Shown here: piece after piece, positions 26,601-36,360 of the stretch
Layout of the letters: every line of letters begins with the position of its first letter
Position numbering within the stretch: the stretch's first letter is position 1
From: Lama guanicoe
Lineage: Eukaryota
NCBI GenBank assembly: GCA_013239625.1
Contig: MU054304.1
Location: 26,017-88,040 of the forward strand
Length of the DNA stretch: 62,024 nt
Direction: 5' to 3'
The notes under the pieces: generated by a model
What the model saw: only the letters and a program-made list of their open reading frames with translations
Database searches by the model: none
Told to the model about the DNA's origin: nothing
Translations under genes and position numbers: made by a program

Positions 26601-27403
26601 ATGTAATTGTAAACATTCAACAGTATGCTATTCCTACCCCTTTAAAACTAACATTGAGTCTTCTTATCTTAGTTCTTTCTATGGGGAAAGAACAATATTT
26701 ATTAGCTCTTATTACTCACCACTTTAATGGAAGAACAACCTGTTTGAATAGAAAGGGCATGCCGTTGAGATTGAGCTCAACTTGGGTCTGACTTCTGCTT
26801 TAACACGGTCCCTTAGTAGCTCTCACTTAGCCTGTCTGTGCCTCAGTGTCCTCATCAACAAGACGGGCATGAAGTAGTAGTTATGTCACAGGACGCAGCT
26901 GTGAAGCTTAAATGAAAAGCTATGCAGAGTGTCTGGCAGTTCCTTGCACAACATAACAGCTCAATCAGTGTTAGGTAATATAATTGTTACCGTTACTGTT
27001 TCACAAAGACAACATTTCAATTAAGTAAAATGATAGTATATCTACTTTGCTGCTGCAAGGATGAGAGACAGCCCTGTACTTCAGTGATTCTAACATGTTC
27101 ATTTTCTCACACTTCAACATCTCTGACGTGGGAAGGCCATTTAAAATTCCTGTCTTACAACCATAGTTGGCAGCTCCTCCCAGGTCCGCCCCCCCCGTCC
27201 CGCCACTGTTACCTGCCGTTCTTGTCTCTGCTGTCTACGGCATTTTTCTTACGTGACAGCAACTTCCGCAATGGTTCATCATAGCCTACATATGCAGCTC
27301 TGTGGAGCTTTGGCAGCTCACTCTTATCGATGATGTTCAAAGGCTCAGGACTCTCCGGATTCCTGACGCCCACCCAGCTCATGAACTTAATCACCTTCTT
27401 CAT
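1641..27403 (-). CDS. ANKRD26-like (ANKRD26/CCDC144/POTE family) multi-exon gene, C-terminally truncated; about 955 aa if one ~61-nt exon lies in a gap
   Basis: 17 exons with AG/GT boundaries and compatible phases except at one junction (17216 to 14563). Exon sizes 115/174/107/62/94/29/73 match the ANKRD26 architecture as I recall it. Contains ankyrin motifs TPLHLAC, NTALHY and LTPFLLAV. Too divergent to call the ANKRD26 ortholog. Confidence 0.88.
3779..3852 (-). CDS. ANKRD26-like exon (DLDFEMTSKEEQEGLDGSENKQSQ)
   Basis: Family motif DLEMTSEEEQERLDGSENNQPQ; NAGNAG acceptor and gtatgt donor. Confidence 0.9.
6295..6549 (-). CDS. ANKRD26-like 255-nt symmetric exon (DPSDWDCTSL...HLKVDKCPLVSQSVTTNQSA...ESQLPENRSSKE)
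   Basis: Open frame (ORF 6233..6559), phase 1-1; ttttcag acceptor and gtaata donor; resembles an exon I recall from non-human ANKRD26-like proteins. Confidence 0.75.
7811..7898 (+). mobile_element. tRNA-derived SINE (camelid Vic-1-like)
   Basis: A box TAGCTCAGTGG, B box GGTTCAATCC, A-rich tail. Confidence 0.85.
8315..8387 (-). CDS. ANKRD26-like 73-nt exon (PAVGVKDSVPNKSGGMKNLQAFKS)
   Basis: Matches PTIEMKDSVPNKAGGMKDVQTSK; ttcag acceptor and gtaaat donor. Confidence 0.9.
8455..8549 (+). mobile_element. Vic-1-like SINE with AATTCAAG target-site duplication
   Basis: GGGGAGGGTCTAGCTCAGTGG head, poly(A), flanking aattcaag direct repeats. Confidence 0.85.
8572..8600 (-). CDS. ANKRD26-like 29-nt micro-exon (STEKYPHLK)
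   Basis: Family-typical 29-nt exon (SPERYLHLK in ANKRD26); ttttag acceptor and gtaaaa donor. Confidence 0.88.
9203..9287 (-). pseudogene. Decayed ANKRD26 cassette exon (SCMSGSRNF / LEDPRNVGIPIAHV)
   Basis: Homologous to ANKRD26 PSCMSGSRNFKMAKLEDTRNVGMPVAHM, but frameshifted with an in-frame TAG and no GT at the expected donor. Confidence 0.75.
9468..9598. mobile_element. MER5A-like hAT remnant
   Basis: gcatcacctgagcttgttagaaacgcaga...tttgagaaactctg. Confidence 0.6.
10416..10509 (-). CDS. ANKRD26-like exon (STSKFQLPNYVDQLSGAAGQGEKNTLNGQIE)
   Basis: 94 nt; matches SISENFPQKYVDPLAGAADGKEKN; taacag acceptor and gtaagc donor. Confidence 0.88.
10890..10980 (+). mobile_element. L1 extreme 3' tail fragment
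   Basis: ataactgaattgctttgctatacacttgaaactaaca...cttcaataaaaaa. Confidence 0.65.
13018..13079 (-). CDS. ANKRD26-like exon (ATSALGLGEKAVVEPSTDSE)
   Basis: 62 nt; matches MMSALGLGQEEDIESPWDSE; ttacag acceptor and gtactg donor. Confidence 0.88.
13335..13424 (-). mobile_element. Vic-1-like SINE
   Basis: Reverse complement reads GAGGGTATAGCTCAGTGGTAG...GGGTTCAATTCC...TTAAAAAAAA. Confidence 0.88.
13483..13609 (-). CDS. ANKRD26-like exon (EEAAKPKIGGKENGAQTINSVLKEQADHKKLVSIDGAHKNDK)
   Basis: Similar to ANKRD26 EEPTKPGIAKKENG; tatag acceptor; AAG|GTGGGT donor gives phase 1. Confidence 0.82.
14376..14563 (-). CDS. ANKRD26-like exon (EAKDDVLKPGTSTSLEDNNSD...VPGFSHPAFPAPEPL...LGVTE)
   Basis: Similar to the ANKRD26 exon TLFEDRDSDS...CFSHPTYQSPD; NAGNAG acceptor and gtaagc donor. 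Confidence 0.85.
17216..17285 (-). CDS. ANKRD26-like exon 8 (VSSIPCIDDSWHSADDDADLAPK)
   Basis: Matches ANKRD26 PGVDDSWPTSDDEDL; aag acceptor and gtaaa donor. Confidence 0.85.
17579..17630 (-). CDS. ANKRD26-like exon 7 (EILKVKFPPRFEDLSISR)
   Basis: 52 nt, phase 1 to 2, bridging its neighbours; tttaacag acceptor and gtagtg donor; ends like ANKRD26 EDSLSR. Confidence 0.65.
20584..20666 (-). CDS. ANKRD26-like exon 6 (IYQLIVDYREGKIPKTPSQNSDLGQSS)
   Basis: Resembles ANKRD26 SHQLISEYKEERIPKHSSQNS. The expected donor after 71 nt is not GT; the GT 12 nt further on keeps the phase. Confidence 0.75.
22122..22259 (-). CDS. ANKRD26-like exon 5, ankyrin repeat (SALILAVFHDSPDIVKLLLQKSVSPYSQDSRGWSAEQYAYSNGFE)
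   Basis: 138 nt, phase 2-2; ttttag acceptor and gtaagt donor; POTE/ANKRD-type fifth repeat. Confidence 0.9.
23566..23672 (-). CDS. ANKRD26-like exon 4 (SNLTPFLLAVKENKKEMVKFLIENGANVHAVDNVQR)
   Basis: 107 nt; ttacag acceptor and gtacag donor; lies within ORF 23511..23705. Confidence 0.93.
24835..25530 (+). mobile_element. Two L1 3'-end fragments
   Basis: atggaatattactcagccatgaaaaggaatgaaata...agtgaagtaagtcagaaagagaaagac and L1 3'UTR motifs. Confidence 0.8.
26088..26261 (-). CDS. ANKRD26-like exon 3 (AVQFLNRRCAGILLEHGANPNLEDGSQNTALHYS...NANIEAVNK)
   Basis: 174 nt, open frame; caacag acceptor and gtatag donor. Confidence 0.93.
26424..26538 (-). CDS. ANKRD26-like exon 2, ankyrin repeat (RTPLHLACISGCPGVVVLLIQFHCDLNARDKERTTALIR)
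   Basis: 115 nt; tttgcag acceptor and gtacgt donor; fits ankyrin consensus. Confidence 0.93.
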
Positions 27404-27720
27404 GATCCGGCCTTTCCCCTTCCAACACCACCCCCTTCCCGCTTGACCCCTTGCCACGTCCCAATCTCAGCGCTAGCGCCACAGAAAAGCCACAGAGATC
27501 TCGCTGCCACACCTTGGCTGCGAAGCTCAGAGGCTTGGAATGTTTCGTCCAGAACCCTCGTAGCCTAGCAACAGAACTGACCCTCAACTGTCCCTCAGCT
27601 GCCCCTCCAGAGCCAGCGTCGTGCGCACGGAGGCCCGGAGGCCCAGTGTGCCCCATGTGCACGTGGGAGCCTAAGTCATGTCAAATCTCTGCAATGGCTT
27701 GTGGGCCGTTTTAGATTCCT
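27180..27720 (-). promoter_or_regulatory. GC/CpG-enriched 5' region of the ANKRD26-like gene
   Basis: Local GC and CpG enrichment around coding exon 1 in an otherwise AT-rich locus. Confidence 0.5.
27213..27403 (-). CDS. ANKRD26-like coding exon 1 (MKKVIKF...LPKLHRAAYVG...VDSRDKNGR)
   Basis: MKK start as in ANKRD26 (MKKIFSK); first ankyrin-like helix; donor AG|GTAACA; phase 2. Confidence 0.88.
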
Positions 27721-28744
27721 TTCAAATGTCAGTGCTAGGAGGCTGAGCATTTCGGGACATTTCCAGAAGTGAGGCTTGCCCCTGAGAAAGTCGTGTTTGT
27801 ATGTGACTGTGGTTAGAGTAGGGTGGAACTACAGGATGCTGAAGGCCTCGTTCCCCAGGGAGCTCCCCACCAAAAACCTCTACATCTCCTTATCTCTCAG
27901 TGTATTCCTTTCTGCATCCCTCTGGGCCCCAGCCAGTCTCCAGGGACTTTAGCAGATGCAAAGAGCAGAAAGCTGTTTTCATGGTTTCAGAGATTGTGGC
28001 AATATGCATCATTAAGTACAAACTTGAGAAACCAATACACGCTCTCCAGATGAAATGAAAATGTGTTTCCGCATGTCTGCTGACCCTGCTCTGTGGCTCA
28101 GCCTTATGTTACACGCTTTCTTCACTTTTATTTTACTTTTTGCTTTTATTTCCACCAATTAATTCTTTAATCAAGGCAAGATGTATTTAGGAGCATGGTA
28201 CAACATTTGAGAACTTTTTTACCATGTGACTACAAAAGCACCACGTCAGTGACTCAGCGAGGCCACGCTGCAGGCTGACCGCCTGCAGGAGGCGGGGAAG
28301 GCAGGGCAGGCCTCCTCTTCCTGCCTAGCTCCATCCTTCCTCCCTCAGCTGGCTAATTATGGCTTCTGGCCCTGCCGGGGTCCAAACTGCAGGGGTGCCC
28401 CTGCCCCCCCTAAGTGGCCGACACTCCTGGGAGCTGGTCTTGAGTGGACAGGACCTGGCAAGTGTTGTAAAGCTGACTCTCTCAGGGGCATTTCTGTGCC
28501 CACTCCTACAGCGGCAGGAAGGAGGGGATCAATCAATTATCATGAGCAATTATTAACGACTCCATGTCATTTTAAATTTCATAATCCGAGTACATAATGA
28601 GACCTTTGGAGGTAATCCAGTACAGCACCCTCTGAAAAGAGTGTTTTTTCCAAATACACTAGTGTGAGGAAATTCACACTTTCCTGAGGAGTCCTGTGAT
28701 CTCACAGGACATTCACAGACACAGACAAAAACACCCGTGACACA

Positions 28745-29396
28745 TGGGCTCGGTGAGATGATGCAGGCTTGGGGAGATGTTGTGGCCTTTGGGAGATGTG
28801 GGCTTGGATAGATGATGCGGGCTTGGGACATGATGTCGGTTTGGGAAGATGATGTGGGTTTGGGGAGATGATGTGGGCTTGGGGAGATGTGGGCTTCGGG
28901 ACATGCTGCGGGCTCGGCAAGATGATGTGGGCTCAGGTAGATGATGTGTGCATGGGGACATGATGTGGGCTTGGAGAGATTTGGGTTGGGGAGATTATGC
29001 TGATTGGGGAGATAATACGGGCTTGGGGAAATGATGCAGGCTTGGGGAGATGTGGGCTCAGGGAGATGAATCAGGCTCAGGCACATAATGTGGGCTTAGG
29101 AAGATGTGGGCTCCAGGAGATAAAGTGGGCTCGGGGAGTTGTGGGTTTGAAGAGATGTCTCGGGCCAGGGGAGATGACGCGGTCTCAGGGAGATGACGTG
29201 GCCTTGCGGACATGATGTGGGCTCGGGGATGTGATGTGAGCTTGGGGAGCCGTGGGCTTTTGGAGATGATGTGGGCTTGGTGAGATGTGGGCTCAGAAAG
29301 ATGATGCCGGCTCGGGAAGATGATGGTGACTTGGGGAGATGACATGGACTTGGGGAGATGTGGCTTTGGAGAGATGATGTGGGATTGGGGAGATGA
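28745..29396 (+). repeat. Degenerate G-rich minisatellite, unit about 16-19 bp (GGGCTTGGGGAGATGATGT)
   Basis: More than 30 visible imperfect tandem copies; accounts for the spurious His/Pro-rich minus-strand ORFs. Confidence 0.93.
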
Positions 29397-30569
29397 ATAA
29401 ATTTTTAAACTCTCTTCTTTTTATATTTAGCTCTTCATACCGAAGAGCCACAGGACCTAAACTGTAAAAAACCTTTAGCTAACTTATCTCAAACAGCAGC
29501 TTGTGCATCTTTCCCATCAAGGTAAATCACTGTGCATCTCCTGAGGGCTGACGGTATGACAGCTGTGTTTAGGTACTGGGGATGGAAGATGAAAAGGAAT
29601 GGTTATTGTCCTTGAGGAAATTTTATTTGTTCTCTGGACTGAGAAACCTAAGTAGACGGTTCCAATGCAATGTATTAAAGTACAAGGAGGTATCAAGAAG
29701 GTACAGCTTCAAGGACTTGTAACCTACACAGTTGGCAAGTGGCTGTGCTGGAAAGATTTGTTTTCCAGGTTTTATCAGAAATATTTTCACACCATTTCAG
29801 TATTAAAAATCTGTCATCCCTGCCAACATCATCCACAAAATGAAAATGTGTGAACTACCAGAAAAGGGGATTTGAAAACAAATTCAAGGGGAAAAAAATA
29901 ACACAGTGTTTCTTTTATCACCGTCCTCAGAGCCCTCCCCCTCCTCAGTGTAAAAGGTCTGTACACATTCTGTTGAATGGGGAATGATGCGGACTGAGGT
30001 AAAGAAAAGCCTTCAAATTTCTGTTGTAGACTCAAGATCTAATTTGTCCAAGCTTCAAGTCTGCCTTAGCACAGACCCTTTAAGGGGAAAATGTAAAGTG
30101 TTAAAGCTTTGACTACCCTTAGAAGAAACAGTGTAGCAAATAGGGAACTTGAGAGAACCAAAACGACAGTTCATCTAGTCAACAGGATAGTTCCTGTTTT
30201 CTGGGGCTGTAAAGGTAAAAGGAGACGAGTCAAAGCCTCTAAAAGCAGACAGAAATTCTCAGTTTCTCAATGCTTAGGGGAACAAAAACTTGCTTCAAGC
30301 ACACTGTCAAGTTTTTCTTTCAGTATTCGTCAAATTTTGAAAACATACAGGGTGTGAGCCTGGAGATTTGGCTCTGAAGCACAGAACTAGAGCCACAACA
30401 GTATTTCATTCTGAAGAAAACGAGGACTCTCCGGGCTGTAACCAGATGTCTGGGAGAGCCATACCCTTGAAACAAAGATGAGCCAGAGACAGACTGTGTA
30501 ACTTAAATCCAAACTCAGCTTCGACCCATCCTCCATAGTAACACAGCCTTCTTAGAAGGACACCAGTCA

Positions 30570-30710
30570 CTGGACTGGGGACCTCCCTCTATTTCAGTGT
30601 GACCTCAGTAATTACTGACACCTGCAAAATCCTATTTCCAAGTGCGGTCACATACTGAGATTCCAGGTAGACATGAATTTGGAGGAAAACTCTTCACCCC
30701 ATTCCAGTTG
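30570..30710. mobile_element. MLT1-type MaLR LTR fragment
   Basis: acctgcaaaatcctatttccaagtgcggtcacatactgagattccaggtagacatgaatttgg. Confidence 0.55.
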
Positions 30711-33134
30711 GTATGCCCCAAAGAAAGGGATTCTGCTTCTATACTAGAATAAAGAAAATTCTGAAAGTCATCATCAAACTACTGGCAAGACCATTCAGGA
30801 AGACAGACACCACTCCAAATATTTAAAACAGAATTGACTTAGTAACATTGGTTACAGTGGCATTTGGAAGGTGGAAGCAGTCAAACCGGGGATGAGGAGG
30901 TAACCCAGAGGTTAGCACAGAAGCAGCCCCTCCCACTCCCGCATGTGAGCAGAGGGAAGTGACGTTATCAGAGCCCAGGGATGCCAGCCACCCAGCAGCA
31001 GCTAAAGCAACAGTGAGCCTGCCAGGCACAAAGCCGACCCCTGACGGGACAGAGCAGCCGGCAGGGATAGATCACGGTGGGCAAGGGGAGAGAGCAGGCG
31101 GCGGGACCCTGGCTTTTCCTTCCCACTGCCCTCTAACTCCCCACCCAGCCTCCATTTGCCAGGCACAGCTGGAAGCCAACATCACCTGGGAAAATCAGCC
31201 TGAGAATGCTGACACCTCTGCCAAGCAAGAGAGAGGCTTGGAACAGATCGGTGGGCAAACTGGCCATGGCCAGCCCAGCAAACATGGAGGGAGGTTAAAA
31301 GAAAAAAAACCTCCGATGCTACTAATTAGGATTTAAACTTAAAATTAAATGTTTTAAGGAGGTAGGCATAGCCTCAAGTGCGTCCACTCTGTTCAGTCTG
31401 CTCACTGACAGGAAATGTTGCTTTAATCTTAATTTTTGGAAAACGGGCAATATAATAAAACAGTTAATGGACTTAGGAAAATCCTTTAAAAAGCTCAGTA
31501 AATTTTTCAAATGTGTGCAGCCTCACGTGATACATATGATATTGACCTAAAATTCTAAATATCTGTTTTCTAATTTCACCTCTTCTCTGGGCTTGTTTTG
31601 AGCTTATATAGAAGCGTTATTCTGTCAAAGAAACCACATTAAGAAAGCAAATAACTAAAAGTCTCCTTTTTCTTTCCTTCCTCCTTCCTCCCCATTAGAA
31701 ATAAGAAAAGTAACGAACATGACAGTCTACAGCCTCCTTGAAAAAAATCCCCCTACACATTCTGATTCCAACTTTCTGAGCCATTATACAGTATTGCAAA
31801 GCATTCTGATTCTCCTATTAAAGTACAGAAAAAAATGGTTTCACCATGCACTGATTTAGTAAAAAGAATGGAAATGATACCAACATTGATATTTTGTGAA
31901 TTGTCTATGAGCCGAGTACAGCTCAGTATGTCCAGGAAGAAAGAGCTGGGGGGGAATGGTAGAATGAAAGAAGGGGAAAAAAGGGCTCTGAAAAAAGTGT
32001 ATAGACTTCAAAGCTATTAAAAACCATTCCATTTCGAGCAGATGCCAACCCGCACTTCCTGCCCAGTCTCTGTATTTTCATTGTTAATGATACAGAAATA
32101 AATGAAGACCAGTCTATCTCAATAAGGATATAAATGCCATGAGGACAAAGCATGTTCACCGATTCTCCAGCATACAGAGTAATGCTCAGAGCATATGCTA
32201 GATAAAAATGACAGATCAGATGAATAAACGGCAGCTTCCCTGAACACAACAGCCAGAATGCACCGCTTTTTCCTCTGCAATCCCACAAAATCTAGCCTCT
32301 GTCACTGGTGTGGACCCCATCACTCTGCCTGGTACATAGTACCCTGTGCCCTGCATTGTCCTCCCCTGCCCCCCATCGAGTACTTCAATACAGAGAATGG
32401 CTAATTTTTTTTTCATGGTAATAGCTCATGCTGTCCTCGAAACAAGTCTCCGGTTGTTTCATGCATGTCCATCTCATCTCTAAACGGGATTGTCCTCATT
32501 TCTGTCCTCCCCTAATTTATAGTGTGGCCTCAGGTGGGTCAGAGCTGCTTTGAACCGGAGCCTGCTGTCTGGAAAAGGAGATGGTTGGATCACATGATCC
32601 AAAGCCCCTTCTAACTCCAACAGGCTATGATTATCTTAGGGCCTGAAGGTAAAAGACTAAGAAGGCCAACAGGGTCCAGGTTTCCAAATGACTTCCAGTC
32701 TGGTGCATTCCATTAATTTGTAAAGTCAGTTGTTATGCGCTGCCGGTAACGCTGATTTACATTCAGAGCAGTGGGGACATTTCCATGTAAAACACAAAAG
32801 TCCAGCATGGCAATGAAGCGTCCATCCTTTGAGGACAATCTGATCTGAAAAACAGGACAACAAAACCAAAGAACTGCTAGGGGTAAAATGTGTTGATCTT
32901 TCGTGTCTCAGGGCAGAGACAGTACTGAGGAGCTCCCCACCAGACATAAATAAAATCCTTTAATGCAGAGGTAGTTTGTTACAGTCTCCAAAATGATGCA
33001 GCCCCAACACCAAAGGACAATGCATTAGTATCAGATGTAGAATTTCCAAGACTTCTGTTTAAGTTTTTCTTTAAACAGCTACCTAATATTAACTTATTCT
33101 GTCTTCAGTGGGTGTTTGCTGACTCCCTGCTGTC

Positions 33135-33320
33135 CAGCTCTGGACTCTGCGCTATGAGCTGGGTGAGTCTGAGCAAGTTATTCCACTTAACTTGTGCCTG
33201 CGTCTCTTCATCAGTTGAAAGGGGTAATGTTAGTGCCCGATTCGCAGAGCTGTTGTTTGGATGAAATGAAATAACAGGCACAAACCCTAGAGCAGAGACT
33301 AACACACAGTTAGCAACATT
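33135..33320 (+). mobile_element. MIR SINE
   Basis: Core-like gagcaagttattccacttaacttgtgcctgcgtctcttcatcagttgaaagggg. Confidence 0.6.
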
Positions 33321-33419
33321 CCAGTGACTTTGTTGCTAATGGTGCTACTGCTGTTGTTCTTTTACTCTTACTTTCCCGTGCAAGGCGCTCAGCTAAGTGT
33401 GTTGGAGAGTTTTTAAAAG

Positions 33420-33765
33420 GATATCATGGGGGAGGGGAATGACTAGGCAGAGCACAGAGAACTTTCTGGGCAGTAAAAGTATCCTGTGATATTCCAATGG
33501 TAGATACATGTCATTATATATTTGTCCAAACACAAAGACAGTACAACAGCAGGAACGATTTCTAATGCAAACTGCAGACTTGGTGTGATTGTGATGTTTG
33601 GATGCAGGTCCAGCAATGGTAACAAATGCAGCCTTCTGGTGGGGGAATGTTACCAATAAGGGAAGCTGCGGGGGAGAGGGAGGAAGGAGCACACCAAATA
33701 TCTCTGTCCCTTCCCCCAGTTTTGCTGTAATCCTAAAACTGCTCAAAGAATTTGTCTTAAAGCAC
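33420..33765 (+). mobile_element. Old L1M 3'UTR fragment
   Basis: gtagatacatgtcattatatatttgtccaaaca...ttttgctgtaatcctaaaactgctc. Confidence 0.65.
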
Positions 33766-35599
33766 ACAACATAATATCCATGTCTTACCCCTCAAAAAAG
33801 TCTGAAGTCATAGAAGTGACAAATGACTGTATTAAATGGTAAAAGTAATAATGCCATGAGAGAGGAAAAGATAAGATGCTATGAACATTTAGAAAAAGAA
33901 TGATTTGTCTAAGTTTCCAATCTAGCCCTTACCACACAACGTGATTTTTTTTTTTAAACATGCTTTCTGTCCCTTCTACCCATCCCTAGTGGACTGAAAG
34001 TCACTTGGAAGATAAGTGTATGGCTAATTCATCTTTCACTCACTTTGCCTTGCAAAGAACATGATATAAAGGAAGATTTCAATAAATCTTGATTTAACAG
34101 GAGTAAACATCACTAAGATCAGTATCATTTAACTGCGAACTGGGCATCCACATAGAGATGTCTGGAAAGAAGTCAGAAATAGCAATTAAAGTTTCTTAAG
34201 TAAAGGAAGGGACTTGCATGGAGTCCTATACTTCAAAAAAATATTATAGTTGTCTGCAGGATTATCAAAAAGGCAAGAGGTCACTTAAATTTTCCAGTGT
34301 TATTCCAGTGTCAAGAAATTTAATCCAACATACTTTCAATTTTCCCTGAGTTTTACACCTTTAATAAGATTCATACAAGTTTTTTTTTTTTAATCCTACT
34401 TCAAGTCCATTATTGGGGGGTACCACTTGGCTCATTATTAAAATAAAATAATGTTTGGACATTTGAAATGTGAGGCCATTTAGCAGATACTGAATTTTAT
34501 GAGTTCTTAGATAACACTCATGTTGTAGATACTCTCAGAAAGAAGGACCTTGGCTAAGAAAATTTTATTACAGATTCTGTGACTGGTTTCCTATCCATCT
34601 AATCCTCTCCGTGAGGATTTGACTAAAATCTATAACCTTTAGAAAGTAATTTAGGGCAACAGTTCCCAGTAACACATTAAGCAGAATTAATATATCATCC
34701 CCCCCCCCCACCTGCAGGCACTGCAGAAGCTGTAGTTCAGGTAAAACATTCTCTCTAATTGCTATCTTGCCACACGACCTCCCCAAATCGAGATATTTGC
34801 AAAGTCCTTTCTTACATTGCAAGGCAGTTATTTACTTCCTTGATTTCCTTCTTCTCCAGAAGCTCAGAGGAATTAAAGTGGTATTTCCTATTTATTGCTG
34901 AAAAGACTTGAGACATTTGTTTCTGGCCATTTGGGAATTAATACTCTGAATCCGTTATGACAAACTACAACATAAAAGAAACACACATTTGATAAAGCAC
35001 AAAAAGTTTATTTTTTGAAATGTATTGCTAATCCAAAGAAGAAGTGTGGAAAAATTCCCAAAAGTAAGAAGGAATGATGACGATGATAAGCTAAATGAAG
35101 AGCGATAACGAGAGTAGAAGCTAACCACGGAAAGGAAAATGGAACTGAAACCATTAAGCAGCGAATTGCCATGTACATATCACACACACCTCTTACTTAA
35201 CTGAGTAACAAACTGAATTCAATTCCAGCTGCAGCCAGTCCCCCCAAGTACTTTGGGAAGTTAGTTTACAACAGTTCCTTGCTCCAAGTACTGCACTTGT
35301 AGATTTTCTTCCCATTTTGTTGAACAGGAGACAGCTGTTCCTAGGACTCCCGTTGAATGAAAGGAAATTACTTCCTTTCAACACTTGAGAAAGTAAGCTT
35401 TATTTTGTGGATTTGGGATCCTGAAAAATACCAAATACTTAGCAAAACTGGGGGACTGTAGGTTATTCACAAACATGAACTCTGTGGCTGCTGGCATTCC
35501 ATGGATCCTGTCCCAGTCAACCCTATTCAGAATCAAATATCACGGCAAACCCAAGCCTGCCTGCCAGCCTGAACCGGGTGACAGCTGAAACACTGCTTT

Positions 35600-36360
35600 C
35601 TGTGCAGCAGAAAGGTGGCAAACGGCGGCGGCTGAGCCAGAGAAACTGCACTCCGCCCCCAGGCTGAGGGGCCAGGGACGCACCTGCCAGCCAGCAGCGA
35701 CTCAAGAAAGTGAAAGCACTTCGGAACAGCGATGAGAGAGAAGAAGGGCTCACCCAGGGAAACTCCGCGACTCGCAAGCGCCCCCCGCCCCCCCTCCCCG
35801 CGATCCGGCGGCGGGGAGCCCGCCCGCCGAAAGTGAAACCGAGGAAACGCCGCGTGGGAGGCGGGGGGGCGACATCAGCCCGCCGACGTCCGCGCCGTCC
35901 TTCCGGGATAAGCGGCGGAGGCGGGGCGCAGGCGGGCTTGGGACTGGCTGCGGCTCCGGTGGGTAGGTGGGTTCAGACCGAGGGGACTGCGGGTCGGCGT
36001 TGGGCTCAGTGGGCTCGAACGAAGGACTCTCGGGCAGGGACTCGGCGCGGCGCCTCCTGCCGGGTAGCTGGGCGGCCGGTCGCGGCTTCCCGCCAGCCAG
36101 TGCCCTCCCCGCGCGGCCCCAGTCGGCTTCTCCTCGGATCCCCGCGGCCAGCGCCGCGGTGCGGGCCCCGCGCAGCGGCACCTGCTGCTGAGGGACCCCG
36201 CGGCCCGCCCAGGTGCTCACGATGGGGCTGATCTTCGCCAAGCCGTGGAGCCTCTTCTGTAACCAAGGTAAGAAGGATGGAGCTGCCCAAGGGCTGGCTC
36301 CGGAGGAAGTGGGTCTGGCCGCCGAAGGAGACAGCTCGGGAGGCAGGGCTCTCCGTGGAC
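35600..36360. promoter_or_regulatory. CpG island / ARL5B-type promoter
   Basis: Very high GC and CpG content with GC boxes, directly upstream of the ARL5B-like ATG. Confidence 0.9.
36222..36267 (+). pseudogene. ARL5B: Orphan ARL5B coding exon 1 (MGLIFAKPWSLFCNQ), probable partial duplicate
   Basis: Matches ARL5B MGLIFAKLWSLFCNQE except L8P; 46 nt followed by G|GTAAGA. I found no exon 2 (HKVIIVGLDNAGKTT) in the 25 kb downstream. Confidence 0.8.

Noticed and set aside
28553..29345. His/Pro-rich minus-strand ORFs
   Set aside because: They are translations of the minisatellite.
28745..29396. CRISPR-like repeat array
   Set aside because: The units are contiguous and degenerate with no unique spacers, and the DNA is mammalian.
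31322..31550. Possible NSUN6 exon on the minus strand
   Set aside because: The translation does not match the NSUN6 N-terminus (MSIFPKISLRPEVENYL) as I recall it.
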